Source: Macrostomum lignano (taxonomy: Eukaryota). From it: a stretch of 64,000 nt of DNA. The stretch covers positions 248,001 to 312,000 of the forward strand of contig NIVC01000269.1 of the NCBI GenBank assembly GCA_002269645.1. Direction: 5' to 3'. The position numbers were made by a program, and so were the translations under genes. Of the stretch, positions 37,751-50,985 are shown one piece after another (within the stretch, counting starts at the first letter, position 1; each line of letters opens with the position of its first letter). A model generated the notes under the pieces. It saw only the letters and a list, made by a program, of their open reading frames with translations, was not told the DNA's origin and made no database searches.

Positions 37751-39619
37751 TATTTACTGCTGTGCTGGCATACTCTTTACCTTAAGGGCCTACTAGATAG
37801 CCAAATGATGAAAATAGATTTAGCATAGAGCATAAACTAGATAAAAGCCAAATTTCACTCATACAAACGTTCCCGTTTTCAACAAAAACTTTAAACATGA
37901 CTAAAATTGGATCTGGATCTATGTAGCAGGCCGAATCAGCCTGATCATGAAAATTGCTTACATCGTCCTCCATGGTAATTAGCTGGCATACTCAAATAGG
38001 TAATTTAGAAAGATAGAAAGTACTTATGTTATTCCGCAATCAATTTTTGGAATAATAGGTGGAATATGAAGTAAATTTGTGATTATGATTACATCGCAAG
38101 CAAGAAAATTATTATTTGTGTAGAGAACCTCAGGACCAGGTCTGTATAAATCGATACGTGAAAAAAACATGTTTTTAAATTTGTGCACAAAAAGTAGAAA
38201 CAGATGTTTTTTATAACAAATGCACTACACAATCAGACCAAAAGTAATAAGTGGTAACATTTATTATCAATGCTTCGAAAAAAGAATTATATTTATTATT
38301 GAGACACTGTAAGGTATAGCTTAAGAGCGTGCTGTTTTATTAGACGACTTTCGTTTAATTCGCTTGATACATTAACAAAAAGACCCTTAATATTTAGCTT
38401 TGTCCCGTCAGATTTTAGGGATATTATAAAGAAGACAAAGCAGGAACGAAAAAATTTCTAGGTGGCAAAACATTATGGGACGAACTTAATTATTCAATTA
38501 CATGTAATGTTAAATAAAAGTAACGCGTGCATCCTAGCCATGCAGTTTTACTATCCTTATATATCTATCTACTACACGCATAGTTGCTACGCTTTGTACC
38601 TGAAGTAACTGATAAAGTTCTTAGCTATTTTCTTTTCGATCTTAAGTAACAGAAAAATACAAAAAACCCTTTACAGATCAGAGCTCTAACCTAGACTCTA
38701 GCCTGATTGATGCTTGTAGAGCTCGCGAGCAATAGGTGTGTATTCCTAATGGAAATTTCTCGAGGCTATCCAGGGAAGCCCTATACATAATGATAAAGGC
38801 ACGTCCTGGCACCCTTACCAATTTTGGGCACTCTTCCTTCCTCCCTGTGATTCCTGCCATTCCAGATAGCCATCATTAACTAAGTAAATTGCACATCTCA
38901 CTGCACTGACTTCTGGATGCGTGTACATGTACATGTACTACAAGACAAAAAGGATGGTTTTGAGATGGTGAGAGTGACACAGGTGAAGAATTCAAACGTG
39001 TGAAGTGCAAAATTTTGATATTGTGTTGTAGTCTGGCCTGTTGGTGCGCGTGCACTTAAATGTGCACGTCTGGCTGTTTTGGGGGTTGGGGTTTAGCGCT
39101 GCAGCGTGTGCGTGCTTAGGGTGGTTACACTCACCCCAACTTTGGCATTAAATATATTGGCGTGAGCCAGTGAGGTTTCCTCACGTTTTGTTATTCACCG
39201 CAATTCAACCCACGGTCTTACAGTGTTAAAATTAATTATATTAAACTTTGCGACTGCATGGGACGTCGATACACGTTTGAAAAGCGCGGGAGAGAAATAC
39301 ATGTACTGTCATGTACTTGCGCCGGTTTGCTTCGCGTATCTGATCGGCTCTCATGAAAAATTTATATCGGGTGTTGATCTAAAAATTGTGGTTTATTGTG
39401 AGTACGTGTACATATTACAATATAGTTTTTTCTCGGGCTAATTTAAACCAATTTAAGTGATTCAATTCTGATCAGCTTTTTTATTGCAGGCCAATAATTA
39501 TTTACTGAAATCACGTACAGTATTAACACAGCCAGTACATGTAAAAGGAAATTTACTTATTTAGCATATTTGTATTAATTAGATACAGTAAATCTCCTCG
39601 GTGCCAAAGCCTCTTGATG

Positions 39620-40135
39620 CTGGCGCCGCTTGGTGCTAAAGCCCATTGGTGCTAAAGCCCCTAATTGGTGCTAAAGTCCCTAACTGGTGCTAAGCCCCTT
39701 GGTGCTAAAGCCCCTAATTGGTGCTAAAGCCCCTTGGTGCTAAGCCCCTAATTGGTGCTAAGCCCCTAACTGGTGCTAAGCCCCTAACTGGTGCTAAGCC
39801 CCTAACTGGTGCTAAAGCCCCTAATTGGTGCTAAAGTCCCTAACTGGTGCTAAGCCCCTTGGTGCTAAAGCCCCTAATTGGTGCTAAAGTCCCTAACTGG
39901 TGCTAAGCCCCTTGGTGCTAAAGCCCCTAATTGGTGCTAAAGTCCCTAACTGGTGCTAAGCCCCTTGGTGCTAAAGCCCCTAATTGGTGCTAAAGTCCCT
40001 AACTGGTGCTAAGCCCCTTGGTGCTAAAGCCCCTAATTGGTGCTAAGCCCCTAACTGGTGCTAAGCCCCTAACTGGTGCTAAGCCCCTAACTGGTGCTAA
40101 GCCCCTAACTGGTGCTAAAGTCCCTTGGTGCTGAA
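39620..40135. repeat. 16-20 bp minisatellite of the GGTGCTAA(A)GCCCC family, related to 6237-7048
   Basis: Direct reading. Confidence 0.93.
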
Positions 40136-40269
40136 GGCCCTTAAAACTGTTTAATGGTTTCAAGTCTAAAATCCCGTTACGCTTTCAACAAAAAGAAGTG
40201 CAAAGTTAATTGGAATTTAAGATTTCAATTAGCTAGTATATGGATACCAAGCGTAATAATTCAATGGTA

Positions 40270-40880
40270 GGTGTTGATATAACTGCAGTAACAAATACAG
40301 TAACGAATTTGTCGTTGCTAGTAGGATCGATGCGGCTGCACAGTCGGGAAGTGCCGCTGAAGATGCGAATCATCGAGGACGTGAGCTGTACTCAACTGAG
40401 TTTGTTCAAGATACTGAAGATCAGATCCAACTGCTTGCCTATAAGCGTTTACCACTCACTACTCTCTAGTGAGCACAGAAGCCCCGCGGTGGTCTAACAA
40501 GGTAGCCAAAAAAGCGGCAATTAAATCTGCATTTACCATGAGACCAAAGAAGGCAACTGACTTGATGGACCAGATGAAAATGTGCTACTCAGTGAATTAC
40601 AAGTCGACAAGTGAACGATACTAGCTGGAGCAATAGCCTGTCCAGAGAGCTGAGCACGTCAGAACTATGCTCAGCGCCAGTTGCAGCAAGTGGTGAATGC
40701 CAAAAAGGCCAGGATGTCACATTGTGTGGCTGACCTGCTGATCGCAAAACTATTGCTGGGAGCAGTTGCAGTCAGTCTTGAATGCATGGGCGAGCCAGTG
40801 GAGTGAAATATATTCTTGTGCTGTTTACTAACAAACTGCTGTACCTTTCTGATCCAGTCTGGCATGACTTTTTCTTTATT
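40270..40880 (+). mobile_element. Degenerate piggyBac-like transposase fragment
   Basis: Frameshifted motifs: DITAVTN..LLVGSMRLHSREVP (cf. ITxDN..LVGTxRxNRxEIP), YHETK and TDLMDQMKMCYSV (cf. YNxTKGGVDxxDQMxxxYS), plus a Cys-rich tail. Confidence 0.62.
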
Positions 40881-41363
40881 AATTTTTTCAAGGTGCTTCG
40901 TCCAGCGCAGGTAATGTATGCGTTAGCGTCACACCGAGGTACTTAACCTCCTTCAAGTTATCAAGCCTAAAAAATTAAAATTAAAATGTTGAGAATCAAA
41001 TTTTCTGTAATCTAAAGATCTCCAGCGGTTGATTTGTTATAAACGAGCCGCATTGTTTTGTGATTGGCTGAGCTTCAGACCCCTCAAACTCGACTGCACT
41101 CTCACACTTGACACGAGAATTGACAAACATCCAGTATATGTCCGAATTTCACTTGATATCCATTGAGTACATAGAAATCTTAATAGAAAAATGGATCTTA
41201 TGTACGCTCGTACATCGAAGCAAGCGGATATTAAAGTGCGCATGTACATTCGCCCATTCGTGTGTACTTGCATCGAATACAGTATATTAAAAATGAAGCG
41301 TGGTATTAAAATATTCATAAGCACCAGCGAAGCCAGGGCAGCACACGAGGCAGTTCTTCCCAT

Positions 41364-41600
41364 GCAGGTTTTGGTATGTGCAGGTTTTGGTATGTGCAGG
41401 TTTTGGTATGTGCAGGTTTTGGTATGTGCAGGTTTTGGTATGTGCAGGTTTTGGTATGTGCAGGTTTTGGTATGTGCAGGTTTTGGTATGTGCAGGTTTT
41501 GGTATGTGCAGGTTTTGGTATGTGCAGGTTTTGGTATGTGCAGGTTTTGGTACGTGCAGGTTTTGGTATGTGCAGGTTTTGGTACGTGCAGGTTTTGGCG
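41364..41600. repeat. 16 bp minisatellite (CAGGTTTTGGTATGTG) ending in GGCGCCCCTTG
   Basis: Direct reading. Confidence 0.94.
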
Positions 41601-42169
41601 CCCCTTGCAGTGCAAAGGATTTTCTGAACACCCCAGAATCGTGGACGCGTCCGCATCTCTCAGTGAACCGGCTTTACAATTATAAACAGCAGCTCAGGCC
41701 TCTCCAAAACTGAAATAAAATGGATTCCACCTCAACTGCTTGCAGTTCCTCTTTAAAAAGCTAGTAGAAGAGATACCAGGTAGCAAAAAGTTTTAAAATA
41801 AATTCTTGACAAATGGCGCCATATTCAGGCATAATTGCCCTGCCCCCTCCTACTTGCTGGCTCATCACTGTCACGGGATTTTTGCAGCTGGGTCTCTTGT
41901 AGCAGCAGCTGCGGACTTTGGTATCCATGGCGATAAAGGCCCACATGAGTCGCATAGGATAGAGTAGATGCAGCAACGCAACCGCGCACGTATGAGTGCC
42001 AACCCCCCGCCAACTCCACTTCATCTCTTCATTGTCGTCTCTCTGTTGATAAAAAGATTAACGTTCCTCATGCAAATTCAAGCTGAGCTGCCCTGTGCTT
42101 GAGAAGCATCGTGAGTCTATCGGATACTTATAGTTTTCGAACAAAGCAAATTTGCTAGTAAAGACAAGC

Positions 42170-43177
42170 ATGGTACTTTGCCAGCCGCTATTTGTCTTTG
42201 TTGCGTCCGTTCTGCTCTGCACATCTACCGCTGCCGCCAACTCCGGAAATCGCTACCCGGTCATGCAGCGCACCTGCCTCAACAAGTCCCTGTCCGAGTG
42301 GACCCTCCCCAGCCCGGCCGTCTCCATTCGGCAGTGCATCTTTCTGAGTCGCCTGCAAACTCTGCCAGGCATATCAGTAGCCCAATGGAACTCACGAAAT
42401 GACACCTGTTCGCTGTTTCTCTTCAGCCGAGTCTGCCACCTGCTCAACCTGAGCAGCTCCGCTGACGGACCGTCAGACGAGGCCAACTCGTGCGAGCTCG
42501 TGGTGAACTCAGATCTTGACGTGCTCACCGCCAATCGGTACTTTGCCGCCGTGTGGCTCGGAGGCAGAGGCGAGCAGCTCGAGAACCTCGTGTGCAGCGA
42601 TGGCGGACAGAAGAATGTCATCGAGCACACCGGAGTGACTTGGACTGTCGAGGGCGCCAAGATGGACGGCCTGACATCCAGGATGTGGGTAAACGATACC
42701 ACCGGGTTCGACTTCAACAACAGCTTCACGTTTCTTATGGAGCTGAAGAGGCAGCCGAATTCGAACGCCTTCATCGAGCTCACCGACTGCAGCTCTTACA
42801 CTCACGCTTGGCTTCATTTCTGGGAATGGGACCCACTCGATTCGACTCGCAAGCTCTACATTCAAACCGGACACCGGAACTTGTTCTCCACTAACCAGGT
42901 GCTGCCAATCCGAAGCGACCAGTTCGTCCGAGTCGGCGCCACGTTCGACATTTCGATGATCATGAACAGGACCCGACTGTTCGTTGACGGTTCTTTTATT
43001 CCCGGCAACCAAGTGTCTCTCTACAACGTCAACTTTACCAGAATCGACAACTTCTGCATGAAGATCGGTTGGCGCGACCTGACTGGCTCCTACTCCAAAA
43101 TAAACGGCACTGTGAAGATGCTGGCCGTATCCAACTTCTACCTGACCGCCGACGTCATCAACCGGCTGTTCAACTGA
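42170..43177 (+). CDS. Intronless secreted protein with a Cys-containing PAN/Apple-like N-domain and a ConA/LamG-like C-domain, about 335 aa
   Basis: Long non-repetitive ORF with ATG at 42170 followed by a hydrophobic signal (MVLCQPLFVFVASVLLCTSTAAA). PAN-like segment: SIRQC..WNSRNDTCSL. LamG-like segment: GAKMDG..SFTFLMELK..FVRVGATFD..TRLFVDG..MKIGW..INGTVKMLAV..LTADVINRLF. Domain calls are by eye. Confidence 0.75.
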   Translation: MVLCQPLFVFVASVLLCTSTAAANSGNRYPVMQRTCLNKSLSEWTLPSPAVSIRQCIFLSRLQTLPGISVAQWNSRNDTCSLFLFSRVCHLLNLSSSADGPSDEANSCELVVNSDLDVLTANRYFAAVWLGGRGEQLENLVCSDGGQKNVIEHTGVTWTVEGAKMDGLTSRMWVNDTTGFDFNNSFTFLMELKRQPNSNAFIELTDCSSYTHAWLHFWEWDPLDSTRKLYIQTGHRNLFSTNQVLPIRSDQFVRVGATFDISMIMNRTRLFVDGSFIPGNQVSLYNVNFTRIDNFCMKIGWRDLTGSYSKINGTVKMLAVSNFYLTADVINRLFN

Positions 43178-43528
43178 GTGCGTGAACAGTTTTTTCAGAT
43201 AACGACGGAAGCGCTGTGACCAAATATTGCGAAGTCAAACGCAGTACATTTTGTCGCGAGATGCCTAGTTATCAAGGTTATAAGGTTAACGAAGTGTGCG
43301 TTCAAAATAGCTCGTACGAAGTTTTTTGTTTTGATTAATTATTTGATTCGGGATGTATGTAGAAGATGACACATGAATTTGAAGGAGCTATTTGTAGAAA
43401 TCAACAAGAGGATGCGATATTTGACTGTTCCCATTTTTCGATTAATTGATAAAGATAAAATGAGCATTGATGAAGCGAAGCAGTTGATTCCAAAGAGATA
43501 TCGTGATCCGTACCCCTGTGTCCCCCGG

Positions 43529-45349
43529 TGTTATGGTTTAGGATCTCCGGGGGTCCGGTCAGTTTAGGGTGTCCGGGGCGGAGACCCTAAACGGTTTAGG
43601 ATCTCCGCCCGGAGACCCTAAACCGTTTAGGATCTCCCCTGGAGACTTCTAACGGTTATGGGTCTCCGGGGTAGGAGATCTGAAACCGTTTAAGGGTCTC
43701 CGGGGCATTTTCAGGTCTCCGCACCCGGAGATCTTAAACCAGTTTCTGATCTCCCCCCAGGAGACTCTAAACCAGTTTCAGCTCTCCGTCAGGGCCGCAA
43801 AAACAAAGTCCTGGTTTAGGATCTCCGGTTTCCGATCTCCCCCCATTTGTGTAAAACCAATGGTCATGGTATTGAACGCGTACATGTATAAGAAGTGGAA
43901 AGGCATTTTTATCATCAACGTAGCATAAGTTTTATATTTATATGCTCGCACAACTGTGTATTTAAATGGAAAACTGTTTACTGTTAAAGTAATGACGTTG
44001 TCACGTTATTTGATGTTGGCTGTGACCCTTAAAAGGGCCGTTTTAGTCCCAAAATAAGTTGAAGTCAACTTAGGCGAAGTGGATGGTGTAGCGGAGCACT
44101 TGGCAATAAGGGCAGGAAACTGCCGTAGTCGTTTTATTATCAATATAAATAGTAAGTTGGTTGTTACTGGCAAATAACAACTATGGCTTTCTGGGCACTG
44201 GCGGCTGCAACAATGGTTTCTTTTTGAAGATAAATTGGATATGAGTTCAAGCGACAGACGAGTGATGTAATGGCGACGTTACGTGATGAGTAATGGCAAT
44301 GAGCACAGTGAAGGCAGTGAGACGTAGTAGGCAGGCAGATGAGCAGTGGCGAGGTTGGCGTCAGCCGTGGCGTGAGGTAAGGAGGCTCGAGGCAGCCAGA
44401 CAGAGAGAAGGAAAACAAGGCTAGGCAAGGCTAGGCAAGCCAGGCGGGACGGAGGCCAAGCAAACCAAGAAAACAAGAACACAAGTGAGGAGTGCCCGCC
44501 GCCAGGCGGGGGGGGTTTAATAAAGGAGCGCAGAGGGGGTAGCGCGAAGCACGAGCGGTTTTCATTGGCTGGCGAGAGAACTTAAAATTATCGATCGTGC
44601 CAAAATTATACGGTCGCGAGAGAGGATAGCAAAATATACAGTGAATTAGAAATTGCCACAAAATCGTTGGGCACTACTACAAGTAAACGTCGCAATAAAC
44701 AAATGGAAAAATTTAGTTGAAACGGTGAAACTGAAAGGTTGAAACTATAGAGAAACAGCAGTCCAACGGCCCTTTTGCGGGACCACTTAAACTAGCAACG
44801 TCACAACGTAAATGTCCGCTTAGTGAAAAACCGGTGATGCACTTTCAGCCGGTGCTTGGAGGAAGCATCTCTTGAGGTGTTTCCCATTGACACACCTGGT
44901 TAGTCCTCCTAGCCTGTACACGTTTTGACCAAGACACCTGGTCACGATGCAGACTTGCTGACTCCAAGTGTATCGCATCTTAGCACCCTTCCGATCGTCC
45001 CTGCGAAAATTGCGAAGCCTAACTCTGTCCCCTCGCTTCAGATCCTGAACCCCAGCTGCTCCCACGGTGTGACCAGCTCGCACCTGTCACAAGACTCGAC
45101 CACTGCCTTGGCAATCGGTGTGACGGGGATGTCAGCATAGTATCGTGCAGTAAAAAGGCTCACTGTGCTGTTGACACCCACGTGACTTCCTTGCGAGTGA
45201 AGGCTGCGGATCTTATCCCGTACCTCTTCCTCTGTGAAAAGTACTCTGCGATGGTCTTCAGGCCGCATTCGCTGACTGTCGTCCTTATTAGTCACCCTGT
45301 AGTAAAGCGGGCCGGAGACCCTAAAACGCGGAGATCCTAAACTCTAACA
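43529..45349 (-). mobile_element. Non-autonomous Ginger1 DNA transposon derivative (1821 bp), TGT..ACA TIRs, CCGG TSD
   Basis: Left end: CCGG|TGTTATGGTTTAGGATCTCCG (TSD 43525-43528). Right end: CGGAGATCCTAAACTCTAACA|CCGG (TSD 45350-45353). Subterminal GTTTAGGATCTCC repeats lie at 43530-43830. The minus strand encodes an integrase HHCC finger (LHSQGSHVG..ESCDRC) fused by deletion to a C-terminal GPY/F-like module (GDRVRLRNFRRDDRKGAKMRYTW..VYRL..VNGKHLK). The DDE core is absent. Confidence 0.88.
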
Positions 45350-46339
45350 CCGGCTGGCTCCTGACCCCCAAAATGATTGTACATTTAAATTTGCTAGCAT
45401 CCAAATTGTGACAGTCAATTGTCGTAGATCCACTCCGAGTGCATAAGGTCCGAGACTTTGAGTAAATATGACCGATTGCAGAATCTGTGTCTGCATTTGT
45501 GTCTGGGTCTTGTGAATATACGAAGTAGCTCATTTTTTTAGAGCATTGTTGTAGAGCATGTTTCATCTCGAAATGATGCTTCGGGATAGTGTGAAAATTA
45601 ACGAATACAATAGTAAAAGCAACCAACAGTAAGTTATCATTGTTGTTTAAGGTGTTTTACTTTTCCTCCTCTACAACAAAGAACCCTTTCACTCGATAGC
45701 CTGTACTTTTATTAATGAGCAACATTGCGTCACTTTATAGAAGTCTTATAGAACTTACATTGCTTCTATAACTATAGCTATTTTTTCTCTCTAAATTTTA
45801 ACCAAATTTGTTTATTTGACTGTCTTTTAAAAGCTCTTTAATAAGGTATCTTTGTGATAGTTTAATTGAACAGTACATGTATTGCTTAATTTTTTATTAT
45901 TACCTGACTGTGTTTTTCTTGTATATCTACTTATATATCTACTATCAGTAGAGCATCAAATAAAAGTTCACTATAGTTTATGCTGGGGATTTTGTTGTAT
46001 TTTAATTTATCGATTTGTCCGTTTTTATATTCGGTATTTTGTGGCGGTTCAGCCAAGTACATATAAATATAAATATACTGGAGCAGTCTCTAGCTCATTA
46101 GCTTCTCTTCTAAAACTGAAACTATACAACTGCAATACTAAGGTGCATTTATCTATTATACGAGCGTAGAAAGCTAAGAACTACAAATACATTACAATGA
46201 ATAATGTATACACTCTTCATATATTATCAAGAACATTGCGCCTAATTCAGGTTCTTTCTGGATGCAATTAGACTAAAATTACTGACTAGTACTGTCGTAC
46301 TGACCAATAACTACTTAGCAACAGCAGTAGCCAGCAGTG

Positions 46340-46790
46340 CAACCATAATGAAAAAATACAAGAAAACTAAAGCAGAGTTTGCTAGTAAACAGCACATCAA
46401 TAAATGTCACTCCGATGGCTTGCCCATGCACTTCAGACAGACTGACTGCAGGTGTTCCGAGCAAAAGTACCATTTTCCTTTTGTGACATACGGCACGGCA
46501 GCAACTGGCGCTGAGGATGACTCTGGCGGCCAGGCTGTTGCGTCAGCAGTGCAATTCCAAGTGCCCTCAGAACGGCAAAATACGGCTACATGCCACTGAC
46601 GTGACTTGTACTACACTGAGTAGCACATTGTCATCTGGTCCATCAAGTCAGTGTCCTATCCTTGGGTCTCATTGTAATGCAGATTTGATTGCGGCCTTCT
46701 GGCTGTGTTGTCAGTCACCGTAGCACTTCTGTGCTGACTAGAGAGTAGTGGTACACGCTGGTTGTGCTTCGTCTTGTAATTTCTTAGTAA
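46340..46790 (-). mobile_element. Second degenerate piggyBac-like fragment, a diverged inverted homologue of 40430-40880
   Basis: Blocks shared in inverted orientation include CACTGAGTAGCACATT.TCATCTGGTCCATCAAGTCAG, CTTCTGTGCT.ACTAGAGAGTAGTG and GCAACTGGCGCTGAG. Confidence 0.62.
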
Positions 46791-47239
46791 ATGGCATCTT
46801 AATTGTGGCATATTTTTTTTAATTTCCACGAATGCAGCACAGAGATTGGAGATCAGTGAGTCACCAAAGCGTTTTACTCAATCTAGCCTGGTCTAACCTA
46901 TTATCTGCTGATGCATGTCGGTCACATCTGCCCCGGTTCGTGCATGTAACTGCATGCCGTTTCTCAAACAAAGCCTGTCCAGCTGACAATACAGCGACAC
47001 CAATTACCAGCAAAGACGGACGCGCAACCGAGCGTTTCGTCGACTGCCTGCTGGCCAACAGGTTTCGGGGCTGCTCCAAGCGGCTTTTGAGCAACGATCG
47101 AGCGTCAGGGCGGAGGCCCTGTAACAGAGGGCCCAGCTGCAACGCCCATTCATAACCTAGCGCTACTGACAGCCGAAGTGCCGTCCACGTGATCTGGGTG
47201 CCCCAAACCTCCACAGGACGTCTTAAATCAAATAGTATA

Positions 47240-47982
47240 GCATTTTGCAGCCCATATGGGCTTACGCGCATTTAATTTAATCCAAGATACGTTTGCCAAT
47301 GTAACAGAGCTTTTGTCTATGGTAGCAAGGCTGGCGCAGCGGCATTTAATTTGGTCCAACAGGCATCCATTTGGTCCAAACACTCGTGAGCCATTGGACA
47401 AACTCTTGCCTTCTCTCAACCGTCTGCAGGTTGTTGTGCACCGCTGGAATGTCAGCGTCTCTACCAAAAATTTTCAGTTGCTTTTCCAGAGCTCTGCTGA
47501 TAGTCGAAATCTGATAACCAACTGGAGCTGTTCCCTCAACTTCTGCTGCATTTTCTGAAACGTCAACAAAGGGTTCGTCTCCACTGCATCGAGTAGCAGT
47601 TGGACCTGAGGCTCTCGAGCAACTTTCCTTGGCGATTGCCACCCTTTCGCAGGCAATCTCTGCCGGCAGAGTTTCAATGCGCTGCTGGATGCTGTAAACC
47701 ACCTTTTCTTTTACATTCAGCAACCTTGCAATGTCCTTTGGGTGTTCACCTCCGTCGAGTGCTTTGATCACAAGCCAATGACAATCGTTCAACAGCCTAG
47801 CATATGGTCCACAATTCTTGGACTGAGCTGCAAATGAACTAAATGGACCAAATTGATGCTTGTTGGACCAAATTAAATGCCGCTGTGCCAGCCTTGCTAC
47901 CATAGACAAAAGCTCCATTACTTTGACAAACGTATCTTGGATTAAATTCAATGCGCGTAAGCCCAAATGGGCTGCAAAAAGC
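47240..47982 (-). mobile_element. Internally deleted Tc1/mariner-IS630-like element with ~139 bp TIRs, flanked by TA(TA)
   Basis: 47240-47378 is the near reverse complement of 47844-47982, so both strands translate as MGLRAxNLIQDTF..HLIWSN. The interior encodes a frameshifted HTH region (DIARLLNVKEKVVYSIQQR; LLDAVETNPLLTFQKMQQKL; ISTISRAL..DIPAVHN..RRQEFVQW). No DDE core is present. Confidence 0.8.
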
Positions 47983-48208
47983 TATATTGATATCTATGCA
48001 CTTGGTAAAGTCGAAATAGCACCCTACCCATACTATGCAGCTTGTCAGTGGATTAACGACTTCCACTTGTCTATGGCATTTACAGCGTACACAGCCATAG
48101 ACAGCCTCTGTGTATTTTTTACGAAACCGACTGATATGGCTTAGCTGATTACAATTAATTAATAAATAATCTAAAACAAACGTCAAGCCTGAAAACAAGA
48201 AAAACAAA

Positions 48209-50115
<1,907 letters not shown>

Positions 50116-50139
50116 TTGGCGACATTGGCTATTCTGATT

Positions 50140-50985
50140 TCAGTCTCTGATGTCTCTCTCATCTCTCTGCTCTCTCTCTGCTCTCTCTGATCTCTCTGCT
50201 CTCTCTGCTCTCTCTGATCTCTCTGATCTCTCTGCTCTCTCTGCTCTCTCTGATCTCTCTGCTCTCTCTGATCTCTCTGATCTCTCTGATCTCTGCTCTC
50301 TGCTCTCTCTGCTCTCTCTGCTCTCTCTGATGTGCTCTCTGATCTCTCTGATCTCTCTGATCTCTCTGATCTTTCTGCTCTCTCTGCTCCCTCTGCTCTC
50401 TCTGCTCTCTCTGCTCTCTCTGCTCTCTCTGATCTCTCTGCTCTCTCTGATCTCTCTGCTCTCTCTGATGTGCTCTCTGATCTCTCTGATCTCTCTGATC
50501 TCTCTGCTCCCTCTGCTCTCTCTGCTCTCTCTGCTCTCTCTGATCTCTCTGATCTCTCTGCTCCCTCTGCTCTCTCTGCTCTCTCTGATCTCTCTGCTCC
50601 CTCTGCTCTCTCTGCTCCCTCTGCTCTCTCTGCTCCCTTTGCTCTCTCTGCTCCCTCTGCTCTCTCTGCTCCCTCTGCTCTCTCTGCTCTCTCTGCTCTC
50701 TCTGATATCTCTGCTCTCTCTGCTCCCTCTGCTCTCTCTGCTCTCTCTGCTCTCTCTGATATCTCTGCTCTCTCTCTGCTCTCTCTGATTTCTCTGCTCT
50801 CTCTGATCTCTCTGCTCTCTCTGCTCTCTCTGATCTCTCTGCTCTCTCTGCTCTCTCTGCTCTCTCTGCTCTCTCTGATCTCTCTGATCTCTCTGCTCTC
50901 TCTGCTCTCTCTGATTTCTCTGATCTTTCTGCTCTCTCTGATCTCTCTGATCTCTCTGCTCTCTCTGATCTCTCTGATGTCTCTT
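50140..50985. repeat. 9 bp CTCTCTG(A/C)T repeat
   Basis: Direct reading. Explains the SER/REQ/LSA ORFs. Confidence 0.95.

Noticed and set aside
43373-43567. Short ORF interrupted by the Ginger insertion (rejoined ~82 aa)
   Set aside because: No recognisable motif or splice context; probably a chance ORF.
44080-44490. Histone coding sequence upstream of the stem-loop
   Set aside because: By-eye comparison with H2A, H2B, H3 and H4 gave no convincing match in any frame.
46830-47230. Possible degenerate reverse-transcriptase fragment (LLANRFR)
   Set aside because: The resemblance is too weak to call without a profile search.
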